Source of the DNA: Eledone cirrhosa
Taxonomy: Eukaryota
Reading direction: 5' to 3'
Assembly (NCBI GenBank): GCA_964016885.1
Contig: OZ024745.1
Coordinates: forward strand, 14,260,001 to 14,324,000
DNA: 64,000 nucleotides
Position 1 is the stretch's first letter. Each line of letters opens with the position of its first letter. The translations under genes were made by a program, and so were the position numbers. This document shows, in pieces, positions 50,045 through 64,000 of this stretch. Under the pieces are notes generated by a model. The model ran no database searches and had not been told where the DNA came from. It saw only the letters and a program-made list of their open reading frames with translations.

Positions 50045-50162
50045 TTCCGATGAGCTGCTCTAATTGTACATAAGTTAATTATTTTCAACTGAACCAGATC
50101 AATAATGATCTATAATCATTTGATCCAGAAACATTATATGGAGTAGCGAAACAATTGTAAAC
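50045..50162 (+). ncRNA. Type-I hammerhead motif (mirror copy)
   Basis: As 49738-49856, with stem I shortened at the 5' junction. Confidence 0.65.
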
Positions 50163-51578
50163 GAACATTATTATTATTAATATTATTATTATTATTCTCT
50201 ACATTCCTTACATCAAACTAAAACTATGTTGACAATCTTTTAATAATGTCTTCCTTGTGAAATTTGTGGTCTTGTTTTGCTTAACTAATGAATATATATA
50301 TATACATATATTTACATATCTTTATAGAAAGGAGAAAATATAAGAACAAAAGTAAGTTTAATTAAACGTGTATCTTAGGCCGTATTTACAAATGAGCTCT
50401 GTAAAGAGTGAAGCATAGTTTTTATTGAAGTTGTATAACATGTAACCTCCATAATTCAATAATAATTTCACCTAAATAACATATTCTTTTCTTCTGCCTT
50501 CACAAAAGTATGATATTAATATTATTACAGACTTGCAACTCCCCGAAACATATCTGTATGACACATTAACCTTTGCATACATAATATTCTCTTTTTTATC
50601 CTCAACAATAATGTGTATTATGTTGTACTTCCGAGGTTGTCTTCTAAATACGTCTGCAAATCATTCTTCATTAGAATTGTGAACTTCATAGTAAATTTCC
50701 CTATTTCCCTGCTCAGCCCATAAACCCCATAAACCTTGATTTACAGAAGTTCAAGCTCAGCATAAATTACACTTCACCAGTTCTTCAATAAATATTACAA
50801 GTATTACAACTTCTTCCGTGAATAATTAATATATAGATAAATCAAAACATTCATCTATAATCGAAGATTTTAAAAAGCAGTTAAATTGGTGGTAAGAATC
50901 TCTTATGAGAGCTGGACAGTAGAAGGTCTTCAGAGAAGAAACTCCCAGGAGAGCTGGACAGCAGAGGGTCGTCAAAGAAGAAACCTATCTTAAGCAAGTG
51001 TTTCGGTACTTAAGTGTTTTTGCTAGTTAAATGAACAGTACTGTAGTATAGCATTGCGCATTGGATCTTACGAATTGAATATTCAGAAAATATTTATGAC
51101 AATATTTATTTTGAAAGTGGAAGTAGTCTCTTCAAAAGTACAGACACTATGTTGATATTTCGCAACATGGTTATTCCTAAATAATATGAAAATATTTTCT
51201 TATCATGAAGAGAAACATTCAACACCCCACTTCTTAAAGCGCCCCCCCCCCACATACATTAGTTTGTATACCAGGACAATATATGGAATATTGTCCCTTA
51301 TCAACCATATTTACTTCTTTATCATTGAAATAGGTTCAATATTTATCTCTAAACTTTGTGTGGTTTCTCATAAATGCGCCTCGGGGTAGCTGCTGTAACT
51401 CAGTGAGACACAAATGTCAAATACACAAGAACAAAGGAAAACAGGCTACGTTATCAGAAACAATTTAGATATATCTCATCGTTCGCTTCCGTTGACGTTC
51501 AAAGAATATCGTTTGTATAAGAAAAAAAAAATGCTTTGCCATTGAAGCTTAATTTAAACCTTCTATCAGCAATGATTG

Positions 51579-51677
<99 letters not shown>

Positions 51678-51764
51678 GCACACGCACACACACATACACA
51701 CACACATACCCCCCCCCGCACGCGCACACACACATACACACACACATACACCCCCGCACGCACA

Positions 51765-51816
<52 letters not shown>

Positions 51817-52059
51817 TACACATACACACACATACACACACACACATATATATATATATAGATATTCACACACATATATGTTTATATATATTTATATATA
51901 TATATATAGATATATACATAAGGATATATATATATATAGTATATTATATTATATAAAAAGTATTTCATATAATTGATGACTATTTACATCGAAGTTTCGC
52001 AAATGGTGGCTACACAAAGCGGTATACAAATACCAACAATCCCACACACCCACCAAGGC

Positions 52060-52144
<85 letters not shown>

Positions 52145-52202
52145 CATATGTATGTGTGTTTGTGTGTGTACATAATTTATATATGCATCTCTCTCTCTCT
52201 CT

Positions 52203-52240
<38 letters not shown>

Positions 52241-52697
52241 CCTTTGTAGTTTTCATCTTTAAAAGATAATGCCACGAGTTATAGTTATGCCATAAAAACC
52301 TTTACAAACATATCTTATCTCCCTATTTTGTCTATGGTGTTGTTAAGCTTTTCAAACACTATTGAACAAAGGAACATAGATCACAAGTCAGAACGCGTCA
52401 TTGCAGAACACGTTTTTACATTTGGATATCAAATAAGGATTATTTCTACACCCGTAAAATGTGTGTACCTATACATGTTTGTCTATGTATATAAACAAAC
52501 TCCATAGGCTTCGATAGGAGAATGAGTATTTATACAAAATTACATATTCTTATATACACGCAAACATATTGAATATATTATTTACATTCGAGTGCACTGA
52601 AAAATTGTTTAAATTGCACTTGCCGAAAATAAATTCAATGCACCTGCCCTAACTACTCGGATGTGGACTGACGGACGGACACGAAATCGAGTTTATT

Positions 52698-52876
52698 TTG
52701 GCAGTATCGGTAGAGGGCTGGACGCCATGCTTTGCAGCACAGTTACGTCCCTTTACGGACTGAGTTCAAATCCCGCCGAGGTTAACTTTGCCTTTCATCC
52801 TTACGGGGTCGATAAAATAAAGTATCAGTAATACACTGGGATAATTGCTGGCCTTGTGCCAAAAGTAGAAACAATT
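52698..52876 (+). mobile_element. tRNA-derived SINE (family A)
   Basis: Full copy. Confidence 0.85.
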
Positions 52877-53453
52877 ATTAATGATATGAAAATACTTTCG
52901 TGAATAATTTACTAAAATTTACGATAAAGTGATGAGTCAATTATTTGGCCTTTAAGAGAGGATGCAAAAAACAATCTGTGAACGCAGAAGTAAATATTTC
53001 GAAAAACGTTGCAACCGAAGGAAGACAGGAAGACGATACTTTTGTTCGTGGAAACGTTCCCTGGGAAAGAACGAAAAAAAACGAAGATATTACGTCACTA
53101 TTTGGAGCGGTGAAAACAATTACACGCAAAGACAAAACCACATAAATGGCATAAAAGTAGTCGTAGACTAAAATTCTATTTAGGAAACCGAAAGATTCTC
53201 GGCTTCAGAGTTAAGAATAATGTAAATAAATTACAGAGGTTATTGAAATCAACAAAAATTAAATATATACATGCACGCATCCATATACGTACATACACAT
53301 GCATACGCGAAAACACCCGCCATGGGTATGCAAATAGAAGCACGTACACAAAAAAACATACACGCACATACAGAACCCACGCAACGCCTGTACCCGCACA
53401 CATACAAACGTATACACCAAATACACATAAAAATATATATATAAAAATATATA

Positions 53454-53501
<48 letters not shown>

Positions 53502-53783
53502 AGTATATGAACGTATATAAATATACACACATAAATACGTATATAACGCGCGCACACACATACGGTTATATGTATACGTGCATATGGTTATGTGTATACG
53601 TGATTTTTGCGTCTGTGTGAGTATGCGGGTTCGTACGTATATAGGGTGTGTGTATATGTGTGTATATGTGTACTTTGTGTTTTGGTTGACGTACGTTTAG
53701 CGAATATATGTGTAGGTATGTGTGTGCGCGCGTTATATACGTATTGATGTGTGTATATTTATATACGTTCATATAATTATATC

Positions 53784-53856
<73 letters not shown>

Positions 53857-53919
53857 TTTTATATATTTTTTTATATATATTTTATGTAAATTTGGTGTAT
53901 ACGTTCGTATGTGTGCGGG

Positions 53920-53969
<50 letters not shown>

Positions 53970-54994
53970 TGTATGTATATATTTATGCATATATATATAT
54001 ATGTATATTTATTTTTTATATATATATACATATATGTGTGTGTTTGTATATATGCATAGGTATATGAACTTGTATATGTGTATAACCAAAGATTAATATG
54101 GTTCGTTGATTACTCAATGAATACAATTTTACAATAGATTAAAAGCACTCAACTGAAAGTTTTCCTGGAGTTTTTAATATTATTCAAAATATTAACAAAT
54201 GAAAGATATTCACATAATCAAAATATATGCTTTATGATATATATTTCAAAGGTACTGTGTTTTTTTTTCTTCAGTACGTCTTTATCAGATGAAATATATG
54301 ATTTGATATATGACATACCGCTACGGTCTTGATTATACAATTCCAGTATTGGCAGTGATTTATTTCATCAAATCTCAATGTTTATATACCACAAATAAAC
54401 TTAAAGAAGAAAAGGACGTAGAGAAAATTAGAGATATGAGAGAGGGTGTAAATAGGAGGAAAGGTAAGAAAAAAAAAACATATATAAATACATACATAAA
54501 TAGATAAAAGAATGAATGAGTAAAAGAAATATATAAAAAGAAAAGAGGAATAACGACAAAAGATGGAAAGTGTAAGGAAAGTAAAGGGAACAGAGGGGGG
54601 TAAAGCAAAATAAAGGAAGCATCAAATATAGGGGGATAGAGAAAAAAACCGTTCTTTTCAAATGCAAGATCAAATAGGACATCCAATCAATTCAACTAAA
54701 CAATTGAATATCTTTAGTATTTGATTATGCATTAGCCAATTATACTTATATATTATATCAAAATTAATCAGTATAGATTATTTTCTATAGCAATCACATA
54801 TATCGGTTAATTAAAAATTTATATAATTTAATTTAACTCATTATAAATTATTATTTTTAATTTTAAGGTAAGATATTCTATAAATATTTAGTTACAACTT
54901 TAAAAGAATTAATTTTTAAAGCGTATTCAAATAATTATTACCTATGCATTAAAATCTAATACCATATATAAATCAGCATCAATATATATAATAT

Positions 54995-55180
54995 AATTGT
55001 TTCTACTTTTGGCACAAGGCCAGCAATTACCCATTGCATTACTGGTACTTTATTTTATCGACCCCGTAAGGATGAAAGGCAAAGTTAATCTCGGCGGGAT
55101 TTGAACTCAGAATAGCAAGGGCTGTAACTCTATGCGTCAAAGCATGGCGTCCGACCCTCTACCGATACTGCCAATCCACC
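54995..55180 (-). mobile_element. tRNA-derived SINE (family A)
   Basis: Full copy. Confidence 0.85.
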
Positions 55181-55702
55181 AATCCATATATAATATAATA
55201 TAATAATTTAGATCCTATATTACTCAAATTATTTAATTATGATATTATCTTTATAAAATCTTCACTATTCTTTAATTTTCATTTAATTTTTAGGATTAAA
55301 CTGCAGTTACATTTACTCTCAAAAGTTTAATTTCATTAATTTAATGAAAGGTTATATTTACTTCTGTATTTACTTATTTTGACATATAGTCTACATATTT
55401 CAAAACTAATATAATTCAACAAGCTAGTCAAAAAGAAAGGACATTTTTACGGACAATGTAAACAAAAGGAAGATAATTCATTTACCATATAAACATTTAT
55501 AACATATCTCTACTCACATATTCCGCGATATTTTGAAAACCATAAATCATCTATTGCAAATATTATAAAAGATGTCTAGTTAAATATTGAACTATCCTAA
55601 TCGAAACATAGGATAACGAGACTCTTAATGATTCTTAATAATTCCAATACATATAAATAACTTATTACCACAATAAGGCAAAAGCATATATATATTAAAT
55701 TA

Positions 55703-56049
55703 TTAATTGACAATATTTTTTCGAAACATGTACAATGCTTGGAAAGTTTTACCAATTTTATGGTGACAACTACTGAATAATTTGTTTTTGTTGTTGATTA
55801 AATTGTCATAATTTGTAATTATCTGTAGAGTCTCGAAATTACAAAGATTGCAATTTTGCGAAATAGTTGCGTTCTGATAGGAATTGTTTTTTTTTAACTT
55901 GGTCCAAAAGATGGAGTATTTAGTATTATTGTCCTTTAAAGACCATATTAATTGCGAAAGTGAAGTTGAACATTTCTTATCTGGTTTAGTAAAAGTCAGT
56001 CTGTGATTAAACCAACGTTCCTTAAATTTAAATGAAGTGGCACCAATAT
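55703..56049 (-). pseudogene. 5'-truncated Naiad-type GIY-YIG endonuclease C-terminal half (second family)
   Basis: YIGATSFKFKERWFNHRLTF...TSLSQLIWSLKD...CNLCNFE...LINNKNKLFSSCHH is colinear with the C-terminus of the 44831 ORF. Confidence 0.85.
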
Positions 56050-56212
56050 AGTTATATATATTATTATATATGTATATATATGCATATCGTGTGTATTTGT
56101 TTATTTTTAAGTTGTTTTTATTTATTCCCCCCTCCCCACACACTCACACCTTTCGTTGTCAACACTTGACTATCTTTGACTATATTTTGATTTTCATTTT
56201 GATTTTAATTTT

Positions 56213-56325
<113 letters not shown>

Positions 56326-56650
56326 TTGAATTTTTTGTTCTTATTTATTTATTTAGTTATTTCTGTTTCTAAACTACTTCCCAATGACTCGTACATATTG
56401 ATACGTGCTTGTGCATGTGGATATATGTATGTATATGAATGTATCTATCTATCTATATATATATATATATATATATAGAAAATACAATATGTTGAAAAGG
56501 TAACACACTAGAGAGAGAGATAGTGCGCCATCAATAAACAGGGAAAAACCACCAGTGTATGGAATCTATAACCTATGAAAGGCAGGGTAGACACACTATA
56601 ATAAAAAATATAAATTAAAGTGTATATACGTACCTCTATAACTATATAAC

Positions 56651-56735
56651 ACACACGTACAAATCCAAAGAGATCTGTTTCGCCAATAAGTTGTTCACAG
56701 AAATATGAAATGGTACATGGTTCATCAGCGTGTGT
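56651..56735 (-). ncRNA. Type-I hammerhead ribozyme, canonical core
   Basis: ACACACG-CUGAUGA-ACCA...UGGC-GAAA-CAGAUCU cuuu GGAUUUG-UA-CGUGUGU, with a 7-bp stem I and an 8-bp stem III. Confidence 0.82.
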
Positions 56736-57446
56736 AAGGCTATACATTTCCCTGTTTTATTGATGGCGCATTATCTCTCTCTAGTGTGTTACCTTTTCAA
56801 CATATTGTATTTTAAAGAGCTCAGGATTCCTTCTCCTTTGAGCACATTATTGAGAGGGAATAGCGAGAGTCTATGGCTCCGTTAATTTATCGTGGTATAT
56901 ATATATATGTGTATATGTATGTGTGTATATATATATATATGTATTTATGTATGTGTGTATATGCTTGTAATTATGTGTGTATGCGTATGTATGTGTACGT
57001 GTGTGTGTATATATATATATATGTGTATGTGCATGTGTATATACACGTCCGCGTATGTATAGATCTTTTTGTTTTTGTGTTTTTGTGTTTGTATGTATGT
57101 TTATATGTGTGTGTACACCCCCTTTTTATATGTGTGCGTGTGTATTTGTGTGTATATATTTGAGTGCATGTATATCTGTGTATATGTATGGGGATATATT
57201 TATGTTCCTGGTCGTATTTCTATGTAGACGCAAATACGCTTATGTGAGAAAGTATACATCTACGTACTATTAGGTATATGCGCGTAGTTGAGTGTGTGTA
57301 TGTTTATGTTCTGGATATTTAATTTTTTTAATATATATTTTTTATAATATTTTCCCCTATTTCATTTTTTCCCGTTTTTTTCAGCCTCACTTTCATATTT
57401 CCTAAATTTTGTTTTCAAATCCATATTTAATAAAAACACCATTTTA

Positions 57447-57507
57447 TTCATTCTGACGACTGAAGACAGGCACAACATCTGTCTTCAAGAAACCACATGT
57501 AAATGAA
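57447..57507 (+). ncRNA. Type-I hammerhead ribozyme, canonical core
   Basis: UUCAUU-CUGACGA-C UGAAGACAG loop CUGUCUUCA A-GAAA-C cacau G-UA-AAUGAA. Confidence 0.78.
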
Positions 57508-57533
57508 ATAATTATCTTATGTTGTTTATTACA

Positions 57534-57640
<107 letters not shown>

Positions 57641-58029
57641 TCCTAGTGAGTGTTTGTGGCTGTGGCTGTTTTTACTAATGAGTATCTTTTTACTAATGAG
57701 GCATCTTTTGGATACTGGTGTATGTTGTATCATTACTATCTCAGCCCTGGGAAAATTATTCTATTGTGGGTCTTGACTTCTGACGATATAACAGAATTTT
57801 TAAGCAAAGTTTAATTGACGATGTTGGTTCATAACAAATGTCACAGATTTGAAGTCGCATGGCTTGATGATTAGTGTGTTGAATCTAGAATTATAAATCG
57901 TGAATACTTTGTTCCTCTTTGTTCTAATCCATTCAGCTGGACAAAAATGAGTTGCAACGATACTGGTGTTGATCTGTATTGGTATTTCTCTTTCCACTTG
58001 GACAACATCGATGGCGTAGAAAAGAAAAA

Positions 58030-58141
<112 letters not shown>

Positions 58142-58152
58142 AAAGAGTCGGG

Positions 58153-58242
58153 ACTCGACGGCTGACCTCTTGCCGTTTCAACAGTTAGTTCCAGACTGAT
58201 TGCCGAATGGGTTGGTGGTTTACTGACTGTATCACCAGGGGT
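58153..58242 (-). ncRNA. Diverged relative of the Naiad pLTR hammerhead (core CUGGUGA)
   Basis: 58152-58198 resembles 43852-43898. Stem II ACAGUCAGU/ACUAACUGU, with GAAA and GUC present. Confidence 0.55.
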
Positions 58243-58899
58243 ATGGTGTGTCTAAATAAGGGCATACATTATTCATCCAATTGTAGATGTTCTTCATATA
58301 AGTGTTAATTTTTCTTTTACCAGTTACAAACTGAATCCATCCTGACTTACACACACACACGGACATATATATGGAGTACATTGTTACCATGTCACAGTAA
58401 TATTTGCCGTGTTTCCCCTGGGCAGCCTCGGCTGTTGGAATGGCGACTATCTGCCGAGCATTGCATGAACTGCCGGATTCTGAATAAGCCGCTAGGTGAT
58501 CTATCAGCACTTAGGTACAGCTATTGATATAACAACACATTAATTGCTGACTGGTTTATAAATATCAATTAATTTAGTTCGGCCGAAAAGTAAATCCGTG
58601 TACCCGAGTTCATATCACTAAACACCAACAATGTAGCCTTCCGATTATTTTCTTTTTTACTACAAAATCCGAGCTTATATCGGCTCTACTGGAACTACGT
58701 AGTGTACTTACCTCCTACTCATCCATGATCCATCTTGTGTTCTACAACCAAGATATCCTTGTAAACAGTAACTGTAGTGTTACCACTATAGGTTTCTTCT
58801 GAAATTCTATTCTTGCTCACACTAAATCTTATTTTACAAGATATTGAGTCATGGCGAGTATTTCGTTAACAAAAAATGGGAATATTGAAAACATTGCTC

Positions 58900-59100
58900 T
58901 AGAGGGTTGACTGAAAAGTCCGTAGGCTCACCGATATACTCTCATGGAATGACCAAATGTGGTTTATCTTTCAACATAGTCCCTGGAAAGAAACAATGCA
59001 GTTATTAATAGGAAGAGTATAAATTAATGCATGCGAGATTTCACAGCTCTAGCATCATTCTTTCATATTCAACCTATGAACGTTTCAGCCTACTCTCGTA
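58900..59100. mobile_element. Mariner-type MITE, second copy
   Basis: Shares TIRs and internal ACTCTCATGGAATGACCAAATG with 17542-17738. Confidence 0.75.
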
Positions 59101-59944
59101 GGAGACTACCACGTTATCGTCTTCATCGTAAAGTAGTTGTTGTTAACGATAAGTTAGATGTATCTCGATACTTCGAATATTTGTGAGAGATTGTTTACAT
59201 CGTCACTTCCACTCTACCATTGTGCATATGTTAGAGATTTGCACACCTAGATATGAATTGTTGAATCAAGTATTTTCACATTTATATCTCTGCCTCTCCG
59301 CCAGTCGAATGAATTAGCGAGGAAGCTTTTATTTAGTTCCTCGAGTTGTTGGTTAATGTTGTTGGTTGTAACATAAGCTTACTACCGACGTTAAGCTGTC
59401 CACCAACTACTTTAAAACTTAAATGAATGTATATATCTATAGAAACATCATTTATTAATAATCAAAATTGATAGAATGTGACATGTTGCATATGAAATGT
59501 CAGATCAGGATGAAAATCAATACAAATAAAACAAAACAACAAAATCAAAAGCTAGCCAGATAATGTGTAAGACCAGTTGTATTGGGTGAGAGATTAAGGC
59601 GAACAGATTACGTGTAACTTAGGAATAGAACATTATGGTTTAGACTAACAAATCTAGTATAGAACAACACAGCAGTTTTCCATCACGACGAAGAAGAATG
59701 GAGAAATAAGTAAATGTAGGTTTTCGAAAATATTGATAAGTCAATGTCACTCCTACACACTGATACAGAATTTACTGGAAATATGTATTTAGCATATAAT
59801 CAGAGTTCATCAAAGCAGTGTGTAACGATAGACACAGCAAGCATCCATTTCTTAAATGTCTTAAAGTTAATCAGTAACTATGTTGCTAGAACATTGGAGC
59901 TGCTATTAAGATATTTATATATATGTAAGATCTAGAATTTATGT

Positions 59945-60000
59945 CAGGTCGAGCGCTACTGGTAACATGTAACCCAGTACAACCTGTCACGTTGTCGGCA
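59945..60000 (+). repeat. Dispersed repeat also present inverted (twice) at ~3055-3225
   Basis: GCTACTGGTAACATGTAACCCAGTACAACC versus GGTTGTACTGGGTTACATGGTACCAGTAGC. Confidence 0.65.
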
Positions 60001-61759
60001 ACCTCACCAAGCTTACATGGTGATGAGGGGGAATTTTGAAAATCCCAAAGGGTGATTAAAAAAACCCGACAAAAGCTGAAGGAGCTGAGGAGAGTCAACG
60101 GCTATCTACAAGCAAAACGGGATAGACAGCTCATTAGCCTTAGTTGGCAGTTTGACTAAGAAAAGGATCCCTCAGATGTAAATAGGACTCTTTAGTCACT
60201 TTAGTGGCAACCTTTTAAGTGATTAATAGCGTTACCTTTGTGATGAAAGAGGATGAACTGCAACTCAGAAGCCAACTTCCGAGTAATATTTGGACGATTA
60301 TTCGGAAACCCTCGACGCTCTTTCTTTCTGGATGAGATTCATGGGCATGTATCATCATATAGATGAGATCTTAATACAAGATATGGAATAATTAGTGTAC
60401 TGAAATTATGATTGATTCGATTTCTAGAGTTTGTTGTATAGAATGTCATCTCAATAACAAGATGCCATCTCAAAAAACTGTTTACAAGAAAAAAGGTGAA
60501 AATTCAAATAAAGATGAAAGGCTACTTAAAAATAATAATAGATTCAATTGAAAATTTAGTATGAATGCACAAGAAAGAAATTGCAGTCGGTCGCTTCATT
60601 TTCCAGTCTTCTTTATACCTCCAGCAATCGAGTAACCTTTTAACTTAAGGATGATATCTCTTGAATGATATAAAGTAGGTCGGAAAATATCTGATTACAA
60701 TGCTAAAGACATTAAAATTAAGTTAGTTTTACATAAAAAAGTACACAAATAATTAAGTTATATAGAAAAGTGACACGACCATATAGTTTATTTAGTATGT
60801 TGTCTAGCAATAGCATGTTTACAAAAGGAGCAATTAGTTATGGTTGTCTACAATACCGACATGATGTCGCTGCCGTGCTGTATCACCATATTTTTCATCA
60901 GATATTGCAATCTGAAATTTCATATGCTTTCGTAAACAAGTTAGTTGAATTTAGCATTGCATCATTGAAAGAAAAAAAGCCTGGTATATCTAACAAAACC
61001 TATTGGTCATAAATAATATCAACGGAGACTTACTGTACAAGAAAATATCCAGAAAGAAGTAAAAAGAAGGAAATTTTACATTTTGTCTCGGCATGGCGCC
61101 AGCTTTTTCAATGTATACAGATTTTGAAAAGAAATATCTGCAACTAATAAGTTGAAGAAAGTAGCAGAAATGGTGATGATTCGGTAACTTTTTATATGTC
61201 TGTTATTGATTATGACTAATTTCAGAAGTTAAATGAAAAATATAATCAGCAAATGGAGAAAATGTAATTTTTCGTGACGCTGGTTCATGACTATCGTTGA
61301 AAATGATCTTCCTACTATTGGATGTTAGATCTAACAAATATAAAGCTAGTCAATTAATGTATATAGTGAATACACAACATTACCTAATTATTGAGCTATG
61401 TCTTAATTTTATATGTTGATTTTTCAGTGATAGCATTTCTTTGATTTAATTATCAGCAGCAGCGGTAAACAAGAAAGTATTCATTTCAACTGTTTGTTTG
61501 AAATAAATAACTGTAAGAAATTATCTGTGAGAGCAAATCTATACACACACACGCGCGCGCGCACACACACATACATACACACACACACACATAATGAAAT
61601 ACACTTCTATGCATACATACATACACAATGAAATACACCTCCATACATATATCCATACAAACATGCATATATTCATACATACATACATGCATATATAAAT
61701 ACATGCATACACACACATGCACACACACATATATATATATATCATATTATGTATATATA

Positions 61760-61794
<35 letters not shown>

Positions 61795-62089
61795 GTAGAT
61801 AAATCTACCAAAATATACGGTAGTGTCCAATCCGTATGAAGAACTCAATGTAATCCAAATATCATGAAGACAGCATATATATGTGTAGGTATGTATATTC
61901 CCTCTGATAGTTTGTAAAAATTTTACATAGATCTATATGATATACATACCAACACACACATATATATCCTAGAAACGATCGTAAAAGGATGAATTTTTTA
62001 ATATAAGGAACTGTTTCTTTGTTTTTATTCATTATATTTATTAATTTATATATATATATATATATATATCATATGTATATATATATTTA

Positions 62090-62286
62090 TATAGAAAAAT
62101 GTATGACCCCGACGGCAGAGCTCAAGCCATTTCGACGGCTATTTCTGGACTCCAGAAATAGCCGTCGAAACGGCTTGAGCTCTGCCGTCGGGGTCATACA
62201 TTTTCCTATTACCCACTCTATTACCCTAAGTATTGAGTACTCTGGTGCGTTATGGTCCATCTGGTTCCTTACCACACCTCCTTCGT

Positions 62287-62290
<4 letters not shown>
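62090..62290. mobile_element. Naiad-type PLE pLTR fold-back in (TA)n (diverged subfamily)
   Basis: Arms 62090-62149 / 62151-62210, then an ~80-bp tail matching 43758-43838. Confidence 0.9.
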
Positions 62291-62325
<35 letters not shown>

Positions 62326-62329
62326 CATA

Positions 62330-62362
<33 letters not shown>

Positions 62363-63426
62363 GTATATATATATCATATGTATGTATATATATATATCAT
62401 ATGTATATAATATATATATATCAATATCATATGTATATATATCATATGTATATATATCATATATATATATATATATATATATCATATGTATATATATATA
62501 TCATATCACACACACGCACACACAGATATATATATATATATATATGTTTGTGTGTTCGTGTGTTCGTGTATAATGACGAGAAAATGCTAGTGTTAAAAGA
62601 AACATGTGAAACTCTCAGACGTTATTTGTATATAACATAATTAATTTTATAATAAAAGAACAAAAGGATATGAATTCTTGACAAACAACTTTTTCTAAAC
62701 GTTCAGCTAACAAGCAAACTTTTAGAAAAGATAATTTCTTTCCTTAGTTATTGAAGTAATACGATAAGAAAAATAATTCATCATGAACAAACGTCTGTAT
62801 CATTAAATAATTGGCTATTGATCTATTGTTTATCGTCGCAGTCAATGGTTATTTTTAGAGACTGCTTATATTGTCTCAAATGGCAGTGATGAAGTAGACT
62901 TTTAATACTTATAAGCTACTCAATTTCTAACTATTTATACGAAATAAAAAAGAGAAAAAGAAGAAAACATTGCAGTAATTATTTGGAGGAGTGTGTAATA
63001 GAAAAAAAAATTAAAATATTATTTTTGTTCTGATATCAGTTTTATCTTGGCAACTCTTGTCTTTCGCTTCATTTCATAAAAATATAACAATAAAAATATA
63101 TTTCAAGCTAAATCTACTTTAATCCTTAGAAAAAGTGTTACACAAAAAAAGAAAAGAAACGCCGTACAAACAAATCTACATAAACACGAGTTCACATACA
63201 CACACATACACTCACACACAGGCATAAACATACATTAATACACACACGCACATGCACATTACACTTACCTTATACACACACATACAGAGCAGCGGATTTA
63301 ACTCCTCTTGATACTAAAACCCGAAAACGTCCCTGGTTCTAGGATAAAGTTTGTTTGAAAGTATATATAGACCTATCTAAAAACCCTCCATAATTCTACA
63401 AAAAATGTTCCAAACACAATATATAT

Positions 63427-63568
63427 AATTGTCTCTATTTTAAGCACAAGGCCAGCAATTTGAAGTGGAGGGGAAAGTTGATTAAATCGACCCCAGTACA
63501 TTACTGGTACTTTATTTTATTGACCCCGTAAGGATGAAAGGCAAAATTAACTTCGGCTGGATTTGAAC
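63427..63568 (-). mobile_element. SINE family A variant, partial
   Basis: Core TACTGGTACTTTATTTTATTGACCCCGTAAGGATGAAAGGC. Confidence 0.75.
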
Positions 63569-64000
63569 CGAGGTGAGCTTTGCTTTCTATATAATAAAAA
63601 CACCATCTATATAATGAAAATTATTAGTTATATTACTGAATACCTTCAAGTTCCTGATTATTTTAAAAACTATTTGAAAATCACAAGAAATTTGGTAATG
63701 AAAGGGTTTGACATACATTTAGTTTTACTTGGGTTTCTGTGTGTGGTGTGTATGGTGTGTATGGACGTACTTTCTAAATTATAGTGCTACAAGACCATTC
63801 TTTATTCATGATCGAATCCACCGACAAGATCCCAGAGCTAATTCGCTTAATGAGTGGGGTGGAACTCATCAAACTGGACTACGGGGCAGTATCCGGACTG
63901 TTGTTTTTTTTGTTTGCTACCAGGTTGTATTTTAATATTAGGTGAAGGCGTTAATGGAGCTGCGGCTTAGTTTTGCTTGTATGTTTTCTATATTTGCCGT

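Larger units (their letters stand above)
49408..50292. mobile_element. Fold-back pLTR-like element with a hammerhead in each arm; left arm interrupted by a SINE
   Basis: Arms 49408-49900 and 50011-50292 are reverse complements. Confidence 0.8.

Overview
AT-rich, microsatellite-dense animal DNA. The SINE and LINE repertoire suggests a cephalopod or other mollusc (inference). The only likely host gene is a minus-strand mucin-like exon built from a ~5.1 kb 12-bp tandem repeat, (TTTA)n at 8946-14117. Everything else is mobile DNA. It includes a near-complete RTE-clade LINE (29.3-33.3 kb), a near-complete Naiad-type Penelope-like element (PLE; RT + GIY-YIG, 43.8-48.5 kb), three further decayed PLE remnants, many tRNA-derived SINEs, Helitron-like non-autonomous elements and mariner MITEs. 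The most striking unannotated signal is about a dozen type-I hammerhead ribozyme (HHR) motifs from several sequence families. Many sit in fold-back (inverted pLTR) structures inside (TA)n tracts, and two lie directly downstream of tRNA-like Pol III heads, which suggests PLE-mobilised, ribozyme-bearing SINE/retrozyme-like elements. All folds and alignments were done by eye, and coordinates are approximate to a few bases.
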